This document shows positions 18,299 to 26,984 of a stretch of 64,000 nucleotides of DNA, in pieces. Location of the stretch: the NCBI GenBank assembly GCA_015055815.1, contig SVHM01000003.1, forward strand, positions 53,271 to 117,270. The letters run 5' to 3'. Each line of letters starts with the position of its first letter. The stretch's first letter is position 1. The notes below the pieces were generated by a model. The model was not told the origin of the DNA. It worked only from the letters and a program-made list of their open reading frames with translations, and made no database searches. This DNA is from Clostridiales bacterium. Lineage in GTDB: Bacteria > Bacillota > Clostridia > Christensenellales > UBA1242. The translations under genes and the position numbers were made by a program.

Positions 18299-18391
18299 AA
18301 TCTAATAATAGTATGTTTCTTAAAAGTTGTCAATGCATTCACAACATAAAATAATAACAATTGATAAAATTTATGTGAATACATTGACAAC
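18282..18391. promoter_or_regulatory. Divergent promoter/operator region with three copies of an operator-like motif
   Basis: 18-bp inverted repeat GTTGTCAATGCATTCACA (18326-18343) / TGTGAATACATTGACAAC (18374-18391) with 1 mismatch, plus a third partial copy at 18282-18300. Minus-strand TTGACA (18333-18328), 17 nt, TATTAT (18310-18305). Confidence 0.7.
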
Positions 18392-18410
18392 TTTATGGAG
18401 ATTAATAATT

Positions 18411-18668
18411 ATGAAATTACACGAAGCGGTTGGGAAAAGAATACTTGAATATTGTAAAGAAAGGAATATAACGCCTAATAAATTGTGTACAATGTCAGGT
18501 GTAATACAATCTACGGTAAATAGTATATTTTCTGGTAGAAGTAAAAATCCAAAACTTGCAACTATTCAATATTTATGTGCTGGACTTAATATTACTATTA
18601 AAGAATTTTTCGATAGTCCATTGTTTATAAAGGTAAAACATGAATTTAAACAAAGCAATTGTGTATAG
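18411..18668 (+). CDS. XRE-family HTH regulator 1
   Basis: RBS GGAG before ATG 18411. Pattern AVGKRILE.C.E.NIT...L...SGV..STV.SI..G.SKNPK..TI..LC.GL.ITI.EFF. Confidence 0.85.
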   Translation: MKLHEAVGKRILEYCKERNITPNKLCTMSGVIQSTVNSIFSGRSKNPKLATIQYLCAGLNITIKEFFDSPLFIKVKHEFKQSNCV

Positions 18669-18894
18669 ACTATTAAAATTATTATCAGAAAAAGTAATGA
18701 CAATATATCGTTATGAGAAAGAAAGTGGAATAAGTCATTCGGCATCAAATTATATATTTAATGAAACAAATAAAGATGTAAAATTTTCAACTATTGTAAA
18801 AGTTTGCTATATTTTAAGAATTAGTCTAGAAGAATTTTTTAGTGATAGTATTTTTGATATAAATAAATTAGATTTTGAATTGGTGAAATTATGA
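18640..18894 (+). CDS. XRE-family HTH regulator 2 (divergent paralogue)
   Basis: Same pattern (AIVYRL...ESGIS.S...IF...K..KFSTI.K.C..L.ISLEEFF); overlaps regulator 1. Confidence 0.75.
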   Translation: MNLNKAIVYRLLKLLSEKVMTIYRYEKESGISHSASNYIFNETNKDVKFSTIVKVCYILRISLEEFFSDSIFDINKLDFELVKL

Positions 18895-19133
18895 CATTAG
18901 ATGAAGCAGTAAGAACAAGGATATTAGAAATTATTGAAGAGAAAAATATTACTCTTACGGCATTATGTTTAAATTCAAATTTAACTCCATCAACTATTTT
19001 TGATTTTATGTATAATAAAAGCAAAAGTCCTAAAATTATTACGATCAAAAAATTGTGTGTAGGTGCTGGAATAACTTTAGAACAATTTTTTGCAAGAGAT
19101 TATTTCAACAGTGATGAAGAAATATTTAACTAA
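18891..19133 (+). CDS. XRE-family HTH regulator 3
   Basis: AVRTRILEI..EKNIT...L...S.LTPSTI...KSKSPKIITIKKLC.G.GITLEQFF; ATGA overlap with regulator 2. Confidence 0.85.
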   Translation: MTLDEAVRTRILEIIEEKNITLTALCLNSNLTPSTIFDFMYNKSKSPKIITIKKLCVGAGITLEQFFARDYFNSDEEIFN

Positions 19134-19296
19134 TTTCTCAAACTTTTTTATAAATTTATACAACTTAAATTTGTTTTTTATATTCAATTGTGTTAAAATA
19201 AACATATATGTAATGAAATTATAATATATTATATAGATATATTTGATTTTTTTGGAGTTCTTTTGAAACTTCTTTTCGAAATTTATAGGAGAAAAA

Positions 19297-20805
19297 ATGT
19301 TTAAAATATTCACTTCGTCAAAGCTTAAATTATTCCTATTGCTTATTATAAATGTGGCAGTAGCTTTTTTGATGTCATTTTTTAATTTGCTTTATGTATA
19401 TTTTGCTTCATGTTTATTTTTGGCTATATTGTCTATTTTCTTTATCGCTAATAGACCTGAAAGAGACGCATACAAAGTTATGGTATTTTTGCTTATCATA
19501 ATGCTTCCACTTTATGGTATAGGTTTTGCTTTTACGAACAAAGAAAACAAAGGCACCAAGAAAATTAAAAAAGAATGGTCAGATATTGTTTATAGAAATA
19601 GAAAAACAGTATTCCAAAGTAATGAAACAATGGATTTACTTAAAAATACCGACAGTGAAGTTTACAAAACTTGTAGTTATATTGTAGATAGTATTGGTAT
19701 GCCATGTTTCCAGAATGCAAAAGTTAAATATTTTTCTTTCGGTGAAGCATATTTCAAAGATTTGTTTGATGAATGTAAAAAAGCACAAAAATTCATTTTG
19801 TTTCAATGTCATAAGGTAGTGCCGGGTAATATTTGGACACAGTTATTTGATACTCTTAGATTTAAAGCTAGAGAAGGTGTAACTGTTAAATTTATTTACG
19901 ACCATGAAGTTTGTACAAAGTTTATCTCAAATGATGACTTTATGAAAATGAGAAATCATGGAATTGAAACTATTCCTTTTAATACATTAAAAAGTTCTGA
20001 TGCAACTTTCTTAAATTGTAGAAATTATAAACGTCTTTGTGTAATTGATGGAAAAGTTGGTTTCTTTGGTGGTTTTGATGTAAATGATGAATTTGTTGAA
20101 AGTTCAGAACTTACAAACGCAACTAAAGATTGTGCAGTTAAAATTATGGGCGAAAGTGTTAAAAATTTAACAGTAATGTTCTTTGAAGATTACCAATTCG
20201 CAACAAAGAAAGTAATTAATTTACAAGATTACTTTGCAGACAACGAAAGTTCAAAAACTAAAGATTGGATACTTCCATATTCTACAAACCCAGTATCGAC
20301 AGAGCATACGAACAAAAATATTTTACTTAGTCTTATTAATAATTCCAGAGATAATATTACAATTACAACATCATATTTAGGAATTGATGATGAACTAAGA
20401 AATGCACTTATTGTTAACGCAAAATCGGGTGTGAAAGTAAGGCTTATTTTCTCTGGTGAGAAAGTTAAGAAAAAATACAAAAACCTTGCAAGGTCGTACT
20501 TTTATGAACTTATAAAAGGTGGCGTAGAAGTATATGAATATAAGGGTGGTAAAATGACAACCAAACTTATTATCATAGACAACAACTTATGCTTGCTTTC
20601 AACTAATAACTTAGACTGTTCATATACATATAGACACTTTAATGGTGGCGTGATAGTCTATGGAGAGTCAGCAATCCTTATGTATAACGATATGCGAGAA
20701 ATTATCAATAATTCTCAAATACTTACTATCAAAGATTTGCAAAAGAGAAAGTTAGGCGAAAAAATTAGTTCAACATGGACTAAGTTTATGGAGATATTTA
20801 AATAA
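19297..20805 (+). CDS. Cardiolipin synthase-like protein with both HKD motifs lacking the catalytic His
   Basis: Two N-terminal TM helices plus a PLDc_N-like segment and YFSFGEAYF. Motif 1 reads RNYKRLCVIDG (canonical RNHRK...D) and motif 2 reads MTTKLIIID (canonical HxK...D). Confidence 0.85.
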   Translation: MFKIFTSSKLKLFLLLIINVAVAFLMSFFNLLYVYFASCLFLAILSIFFIANRPERDAYKVMVFLLIIMLPLYGIGFAFTNKENKGTKKIKKEWSDIVYRNRKTVFQSNETMDLLKNTDSEVYKTCSYIVDSIGMPCFQNAKVKYFSFGEAYFKDLFDECKKAQKFILFQCHKVVPGNIWTQLFDTLRFKAREGVTVKFIYDHEVCTKFISNDDFMKMRNHGIETIPFNTLKSSDATFLNCRNYKRLCVIDGKVGFFGGFDVNDEFVESSELTNATKDCAVKIMGESVKNLTVMFFEDYQFATKKVINLQDYFADNESSKTKDWILPYSTNPVSTEHTNKNILLSLINNSRDNITITTSYLGIDDELRNALIVNAKSGVKVRLIFSGEKVKKKYKNLARSYFYELIKGGVEVYEYKGGKMTTKLIIIDNNLCLLSTNNLDCSYTYRHFNGGVIVYGESAILMYNDMREIINNSQILTIKDLQKRKLGEKISSTWTKFMEIFK

Positions 20806-20934
20806 AAGTGTTACAAAAAAGTAACACTTTTTTTAAATTATATTTACATTAAATATGAAATAATTGTAATTTTATTAAAATTGTGTTAGAGTATAAATAG
20901 AGAGAAAACTCTTTTTAAAAAAGTGGGGTAAAAT

Positions 20935-21978
20935 TTGAAAAAAGAAAAAATCGGCATAGTTGGTGCGGGTGCAGTTGGAAGAATGCTTGCTGTTGTGCTG
21001 GCTAGTCGGGGATATGAAGTAGAACTTGTTAATAGAAAACCTAAAGGCATTAAGATAAACAATAAATATGAATACTCTCTCAAAGGTGATTTTGGTAAAT
21101 TAAAGGCACTAATACATTCGGTAAAAACTATTGAAAGTTTATCAAAAGACTTGTCGGTTATAATATTTACAACACGTGCGTATGATACAGTAAATATTAT
21201 AGAAAAGCACTTACCAAAATTAAAATTTAACGGTGTTGTAGTTACTATTCAAAATGTATTTTGTATAGACAAAATTTCGAGATTAATTCCATCAAATAAA
21301 TCAGTTTGTGCATATTTAGATATTTGTTGTATAAAAGAAAAAGACATGGTTATTGCTAAAGATTTCAATGGAACAACACTTGGTATTTATGATTGTCAAG
21401 CTTTTGAAAATATGCAGTATATAAAAAGTATTTTTCAGTCATTTACAACTGTTCATGAAACAAAAGATATCATGGGTTTTGTGCTTGGTAGAAACATTAT
21501 AAACGGTGCAATTTCAATGCTTGGAGCAATATCTGGCATGAATTTAGGTGACATCTTATGGGATAGAAATGGTAGGTTTTTGTTTAAAAAAATAATCATG
21601 GAAGCCGTTTCTGTTATTAAAAGATTTAGGATAAATATTTTACCTTACAATGGAAATTTAGATTATTATAAATTCACCGAAAAATCATTAGGTGGAATGA
21701 GTTACCGAAGAAAAATAATTTCAATTTTAAGAAAAAATAATAGATACGTTAGATCTTCAGCGCTTTCAGATATTGAAAATGGTAGACGTACAGAAATTGG
21801 CTTTGTTTTGGGACTTATTATGGAATATGGTAAAAAGTATAAATTGGATATAAAATATATAACTGAAATTTATAACATGGTTTTAGAAATTGAAAAGGGC
21901 GAAAGACCTGTATCAGAAAATGCTTTTTATGATGAAAGATTATTAAAATTACAAAGATATAAAGGAGAATTATTATGA
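20935..21978 (+). CDS. Ketopantoate reductase (PanE/ApbA)-like protein, divergent
   Basis: TTG start. Rossmann GAGAVG, TTRAYD, IQN and SSALSDIENGRRTEI motifs. The usual W.K...N helix reads LGRNIIN. Confidence 0.75.
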   Translation: MKKEKIGIVGAGAVGRMLAVVLASRGYEVELVNRKPKGIKINNKYEYSLKGDFGKLKALIHSVKTIESLSKDLSVIIFTTRAYDTVNIIEKHLPKLKFNGVVVTIQNVFCIDKISRLIPSNKSVCAYLDICCIKEKDMVIAKDFNGTTLGIYDCQAFENMQYIKSIFQSFTTVHETKDIMGFVLGRNIINGAISMLGAISGMNLGDILWDRNGRFLFKKIIMEAVSVIKRFRINILPYNGNLDYYKFTEKSLGGMSYRRKIISILRKNNRYVRSSALSDIENGRRTEIGFVLGLIMEYGKKYKLDIKYITEIYNMVLEIEKGERPVSENAFYDERLLKLQRYKGELL

Positions 21979-22397
21979 TTATAGATGATATTAAAAAAGC
22001 AAATATTGAAGCAATGAAAAATAAGGATAGCAAGGCAAGAGCAATATATAGTGTACTTATGAATAAATACTTGCTTGCTCAAGTAGAAAGTAGAACTACT
22101 GGAAAAGAAGTAGAAGATGCAGATATGGTGAGAATTATCCAAAAGACAATTAAAGAACTAGAAGAAGAAAGAGATAATTACGCAAAAGTAGGAAATACTG
22201 AAGAAGTAGAGACTATTGAATATGAAAAGTCTTTACTTGAAAAATACCTACCACAAATGCTATCTGCTGAAGAAATAAAAGCAATAATTGAAACAATTGA
22301 AGACAAAACAGTGCCAAGCGTAATGAGACATTTTAAAACAAATTACAATGGTAAAGTTGACATGAAAACCGTTTCAGAAGTATTAAAGAATATGTAA
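21975..22397 (+). CDS. yqeY: GatB/YqeY domain protein
   Basis: IKKANIEAMKNKD, YAKVG...E, LEKYLPQMLS.EEI and VDMK.VSEVLK; ATGA overlap with the previous gene. Confidence 0.9.
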   Translation: MIIDDIKKANIEAMKNKDSKARAIYSVLMNKYLLAQVESRTTGKEVEDADMVRIIQKTIKELEEERDNYAKVGNTEEVETIEYEKSLLEKYLPQMLSAEEIKAIIETIEDKTVPSVMRHFKTNYNGKVDMKTVSEVLKNM

Positions 22398-22443
22398 AAA
22401 AACATCTCAAAAGAGATGTTTTTTATTTTTTTAACCAAACTAC

Positions 22444-22472
22444 TTGCAAAAGTATAGAAATTGGGTTATAAT
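22444..22472 (+). promoter_or_regulatory. SigA-type promoter of tRNA-Glu
   Basis: TTGCAA 22444-22449, 17-nt spacer, TATAAT 22467-22472. Confidence 0.7.
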
Positions 22473-22488
22473 GTTTCATGAAGTTTAT

Positions 22489-22563
22489 GCTCCCATGGTC
22501 AAGCGGTCAAGACGTCGCCCTCTCACGGCGGAATCAGGGGTTCGATTCCCCTTGGGAGTACCA
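22489..22563 (+). tRNA. tRNA-Glu (anticodon CTC) with encoded CCA
   Basis: Acceptor stem GCTCCCA/TGGGAGT, anticodon arm TCGCC-CTCTCAC-GGCGG, T arm AGGGG-TTCGATT-CCCCT, 3' ACCA. Confidence 0.97.
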
Positions 22564-22772
22564 AAAAAATATTAAAGCCGAATGGCTTTCTTTTTTTTGT
22601 CACTACCAAGGGTGTGTGTTACACACGGATATTTTCAATATCCGAATCGAACGTACTCGTTCGTAATTCGAAATGCAAGTCATTTCTACTCACGAGATAT
22701 ACGAACAGTGTTCGCATAGACGATTCCCTTATGTTCGTACCAAAAAAATATCAAAGCCGAATGGCTTTTTTT
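22558..22772 (+). repeat. Multi-hairpin element bounded by 32-bp direct repeats made of the tRNA 3' end plus its terminator
   Basis: GTACCAAAAAAATAT(T/C)AAAGCCGAATGGCTTT at 22558-22589 and 22737-22768, with five short perfect hairpins between them. Confidence 0.8.
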
Positions 22773-22962
22773 AACTCCTAAGTAATTGCTATCGCAATTA
22801 TCAATTTTATTAATGTGGAAGTTTTAGCATATTAGTCGACACGTAATGTGTCTCCTTTTGTATATTTATATATTTAATATTATAAAATATATTACTCACC
22901 TTACTTGTAACAAAAAATATTTTGTGTTAAAATATATTAATCTGAAAAAAAAGGAGTAAAAA

Positions 22963-25900
22963 ATGCTAGAAGTAAGAAATTTAGTCAAGAGATATAAGAT
23001 TAGTAAAAAATCAAAAAAGCAAACTGTTACAGCTCTTAACAAAGTATCTATTACTTTCCCTGACAAGGGACTTGTTTTCTTACTTGGTAAAAGTGGTAGT
23101 GGTAAATCAACACTTCTTAATGCTATCGGTGGACTTGATACTTTTGACGAAGGCGAAATTATTATTAAAGGTAAGTCTAGTAAAAGTTTTTCACAGTCAG
23201 ATTTTGATAGTTATAGAAATACTTTTATTGGGTTTATTTTCCAAGAGTATAACGTTTTGGAAGAGTTTACAGTTGCTAAAAACTTAGAACTTGCTATTGA
23301 ATTGCAAGGTAAAAAACCAACTAAAGAAAATGTTAATAAATTGCTTCAAATGGTTGAAATGTTGGATTTTGCAAAAAGAAAACCAAACCAACTTTCTGGT
23401 GGTCAGAAGCAAAGAGTTGCTATTGCTAGGGCGCTTATAAAAAACCCAGAAATAATAATGGCTGACGAGCCTACTGGTGCTCTTGATAGTAACACCGGTA
23501 AACAAGTAATGGAAACTCTAAAAAATCTATCTAAAGAAAAATTGGTCATTATTGTTTCTCACGATAGAGAGTTTGCTGAAATTTATGGTGATAGAATTAT
23601 TGAACTAAAAGACGGCAAGATTATTAGAGATGTTACCAAAAAAGAAGTTGAGCCAGACAAAGAAGGCTCTGGACTTAGTGTAATTGATGGAGACGTTATT
23701 CACATTAAGAAAGGTCATAAATTTACGCAAGACGATTTGAATATTATTTGTAAAAAAATCATGATGAGTAATTCATCTTCAGACACAATCATTTCTATGT
23801 CGAGTGAAGCGAATGTCGAAGTTAAAAAAGCAACATCTATTACAGATGATGGTAATAGAGAAGTGTTTAAAGACACTTTGACTGAAGATGTTGTTACAAA
23901 AGATTATTCACATACAAAGTTTAAACTTATTAGGTCAAAACTTAAATTCAAAGATTCCTTTAAAATGGGTGCAAGCGCTTTGAAAAACAAAGTAGGAAAA
24001 CTTGTGTTTACAATACTACTTTCATTTGTGGCTTTTGCTATGTTTGGTATTGTTGATACTTTGTCGTCATTTAATAGACCAGTTGCGGTTGCTGACTCAG
24101 TTCAATTTTCCCATAAAAAACATATTTCTCTAACAGAGAAAACTAAAGGAGAATACCGTGACTATTATAGTGCGTTTAGTCAAGAAGACTTGAACGTATT
24201 AAAAGAGAAATTTCCAGATATTAAGATAAAACCTATTGCTAATCGTGATATGCCACTTGGTGGGTCTAGTAGTTATGATTTAAATTCAATTCAAGTTGAA
24301 ATAGATGGATTGGGAAGCCTTGCAGATAACAAAGCTAAAAAGAATTTTGCTTATACTGGAATGATGTATGTAGATGAAAGTGAAATTACAACTTATGGAC
24401 TAAGTTTAGTTGCTGGTAGATGGCCAGAAAAAGAACGTGAAATTGCTATTACAAATTGGCAATATAAGTGTATCAAACAAAAATATTCAGAAAAAGTTAC
24501 CAAAGAAGATGATGTTTTAAACACATATAATAAAATTAGAATTAATAATATAGACCATTATATTGTTGGAATTATCGAAAATGGTGCTGACATGTCTAAA
24601 TATGAAAATGAAAGTGACGATAATAATAACCAAAATATGGGTATGATTCAACAAATGACTGCAGGTGCAGAATTTAGTTTTGGTATAGAACATGTAGTAT
24701 ACGTGTCTGAAAACTATTATAACAATTTATTAGAAAAAAATGATAATATTCAAATATCTATTAGTGTTGAAAATAGTAATAGTAGCACTGTTAAGAGCCT
24801 TTCAGAAATGCATACAGATAATATGGAAGTGGAGTTTGAAAAATATAAATTTCCAGAAAGTGCTGTTATTCACTTTAATAAATACATTTGGCATAAAGAT
24901 GGTATAGTTTTGAAAGATGATCATACATTTTTAAATTTAAAAGACAATGAAGTTATTTTGCCATTAAATCATTTAACAAATATTTGTGGTGGACAATTAA
25001 GTGAAAAAGACATTATGGACAAAATTAATAATGGTCTTGTTATAAAACAAGTAAAAAGAGTATATAACAATGAAACACATGAGTACGATGTATCCTTAAG
25101 TGGTGTAGAATATAAGGTAGTTGGATATTCAAATAATGGTGGTTATGGTTTTGCTAGTAGTGAATTTAGTGAAGAAAAATTGTCTTTGCATGGTAAATAT
25201 TATGTGATAAATGATGACGATTTGTCTAATGCAAAAGAAGATTATTCACATACATCTTTTACTACTTTTAATGAATATTTTAATAATTACTGTAGTGGTA
25301 GAACTAATGCAACAATAGAAAACTTTTTACAAAGTAGTTTTGGTGCAATCTACATGAAAGATGGATACAATTTTTATGAAAATGGTGAATTTTATAAACT
25401 AAAAGAAGATGAAGTTATTATAAGTCAAGACGCAATACCAGGGAGTTTTACAAGTGAAGATGCTGAAGATTTGATTAAACTAGCAAATAGCGGTACAACT
25501 TTAGAGCTTTCTATTAACTATGGCTATACGCCTATAACAAAACTAAAAGTGGTAGGTGTTGTTCAATCTTATGGTGTATTCATGGTATCAGAAAAAGTTA
25601 TGAACGAGAAATTCTTGCCACTTGTAGAAGGTTTTTCATATGCTGTCGCAACTCTTTCAGATAATAGTGAAACAAACAAAACATTTATTGAATATTGTGA
25701 AAGGGGAGACGAAAACGGAATTAAATATATCGTTCAAAATGATGTAACGGGTATTTTAGATGAATTCCAAGAGATATTTAATAGTATTACTGAAGTGTTC
25801 TTCTATGTTGGTATTGTGTTTGCGGTATTCTCTGCATTCTTGCTTATGAACTTTATTTCAACAAGTATTAGTTACAAGAAAAGAGAGATTGGTGTTCTTA

Positions 25901-26190
25901 GAGCGCTTGGTGCTAGAAGTAAAGATGTATTTGGAATATTCTTTAATGAAAGTTCGCTTATTGCAATGATAAACTTCTTCCTTGCAACCATTACAACAAT
26001 TATTACTTGTGGAATACTTAACAATATGGTTGTTCAAAAATTAGGTTTGAATTTAATAATTCTATCTGTTGGAGTTAGACAAATTGGACTTATGTTTGGT
26101 ATTAGTATGGTTGCTGCATTTATCGCTAGTTTACTTCCAGTTGTTAAGATTTCAAGAAAGAAACCAATTGATGCTATTAACAATAGATAA
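22963..26190 (+). CDS. Fused ABC ATPase-FtsX/MacB-type permease with a large extracellular domain
   Basis: Walker A GKSGSGKS, LSGGQKQR, ADEPTGALD and VSHD. One TM helix, a ~590-aa extracytoplasmic region, then the FtsX-type C-terminus (KREIGVLRALGA; three TMs; KKPIDAI). Confidence 0.92.
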   Translation: MLEVRNLVKRYKISKKSKKQTVTALNKVSITFPDKGLVFLLGKSGSGKSTLLNAIGGLDTFDEGEIIIKGKSSKSFSQSDFDSYRNTFIGFIFQEYNVLEEFTVAKNLELAIELQGKKPTKENVNKLLQMVEMLDFAKRKPNQLSGGQKQRVAIARALIKNPEIIMADEPTGALDSNTGKQVMETLKNLSKEKLVIIVSHDREFAEIYGDRIIELKDGKIIRDVTKKEVEPDKEGSGLSVIDGDVIHIKKGHKFTQDDLNIICKKIMMSNSSSDTIISMSSEANVEVKKATSITDDGNREVFKDTLTEDVVTKDYSHTKFKLIRSKLKFKDSFKMGASALKNKVGKLVFTILLSFVAFAMFGIVDTLSSFNRPVAVADSVQFSHKKHISLTEKTKGEYRDYYSAFSQEDLNVLKEKFPDIKIKPIANRDMPLGGSSSYDLNSIQVEIDGLGSLADNKAKKNFAYTGMMYVDESEITTYGLSLVAGRWPEKEREIAITNWQYKCIKQKYSEKVTKEDDVLNTYNKIRINNIDHYIVGIIENGADMSKYENESDDNNNQNMGMIQQMTAGAEFSFGIEHVVYVSENYYNNLLEKNDNIQISISVENSNSSTVKSLSEMHTDNMEVEFEKYKFPESAVIHFNKYIWHKDGIVLKDDHTFLNLKDNEVILPLNHLTNICGGQLSEKDIMDKINNGLVIKQVKRVYNNETHEYDVSLSGVEYKVVGYSNNGGYGFASSEFSEEKLSLHGKYYVINDDDLSNAKEDYSHTSFTTFNEYFNNYCSGRTNATIENFLQSSFGAIYMKDGYNFYENGEFYKLKEDEVIISQDAIPGSFTSEDAEDLIKLANSGTTLELSINYGYTPITKLKVVGVVQSYGVFMVSEKVMNEKFLPLVEGFSYAVATLSDNSETNKTFIEYCERGDENGIKYIVQNDVTGILDEFQEIFNSITEVFFYVGIVFAVFSAFLLMNFISTSISYKKREIGVLRALGARSKDVFGIFFNESSLIAMINFFLATITTIITCGILNNMVVQKLGLNLIILSVGVRQIGLMFGISMVAAFIASLLPVVKISRKKPIDAINNR

Positions 26191-26355
26191 AAATTAATGA
26201 AGAGAATTTTAAAGTTCTCTTCATTTTTTGTGTTTTTCGTGTATAAAATAATTATTGACATCAAAATAGTTAAATAAATATCTTTGACAACACTATTGCT
26301 ATTTGGTAAAATAAAAAAACCAAAAGTTATAAAAATATGATAAATGGGAGAATGT

Positions 26356-26769
26356 ATGAAATTAAGTCAAAAAGATAAAAAATTAATTGAGATGGCGAGT
26401 GACCTTGTTAAAAGCAATAAAGACTTGTATCCGCCCGAAAGTCCGCACGTAGGGGCGATACTTCTTGCAAAATCGGGTAAAGTATATAAGGGTATTAATA
26501 TTTTAACGTCCCACTCAATTTGTGCCGAACAAGTGGCAATCGGTCAAGCACTTGCTTGTGGAGAAAGAAAGTTTGACACTATTGTGTCTGTGTCACTAGA
26601 TAGTGCGGGAAATACAGAAGTTGTGTCCCCATGTGGTGTTTGTAGATATCTATTTGATAAACTTGGAATGGATATATATGTGATAGTTCGTGATGTTGAA
26701 AACAACATGAACTTAAAAGTTAAACCGGGTGAACTTTTGCCGTATAGATATGAAAGAGCAGAAGAGTAG
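26356..26769 (+). CDS. Cytidine deaminase family protein, blasticidin-S deaminase (Bsr)-like
   Basis: RBS GGGAG before ATG 26356. HVGA, ICAEQVAIG, FDTIVSV, VVSPCGVCR and ELLP motifs (Cys-type zinc ligands). Confidence 0.8.
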   Translation: MKLSQKDKKLIEMASDLVKSNKDLYPPESPHVGAILLAKSGKVYKGINILTSHSICAEQVAIGQALACGERKFDTIVSVSLDSAGNTEVVSPCGVCRYLFDKLGMDIYVIVRDVENNMNLKVKPGELLPYRYERAEE

Positions 26770-26840
26770 TTATACTTTTTGGGTCGCAAAAAGTAACAAA
26801 AACGCCCGGGAGTTGCGGTTCTCCCGGACCCTTAAAACGC
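26769..26840. repeat. REP-like double hairpin, GC-rich for this genome
   Basis: ACTTTTTG-GGTCG-CAAAAAGT (26774-26794) and CCGGGAG-TTGCGGTT-CTCCCGG (26806-26827). Confidence 0.55.
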
Positions 26841-26984
26841 TTTTTTATTTAATGATGTATAGTCGGAACATGAAATAATTGAGAGTTATAATTTTACTGG
26901 TGTAAAAAGAGCGGTTATTTATAAATAAAAATTTAATAGTTAATAAAAAAGACATACAAACGAATGTCTTTTTTTTGTACTTCA

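Noticed and set aside
18327-18410. 28-aa N-terminal extension of XRE 1 in the ORF track (similar extensions on pyrG-like, serS, guaD, dfx and the double-XRE gene)
   Set aside because: RBS position and family N-termini favour the downstream ATG in each case.
22478-22666. 62-aa ORF in the supplied track
   Set aside because: It overlaps the tRNA-Glu gene and its terminator and has no RBS; a spurious frame.
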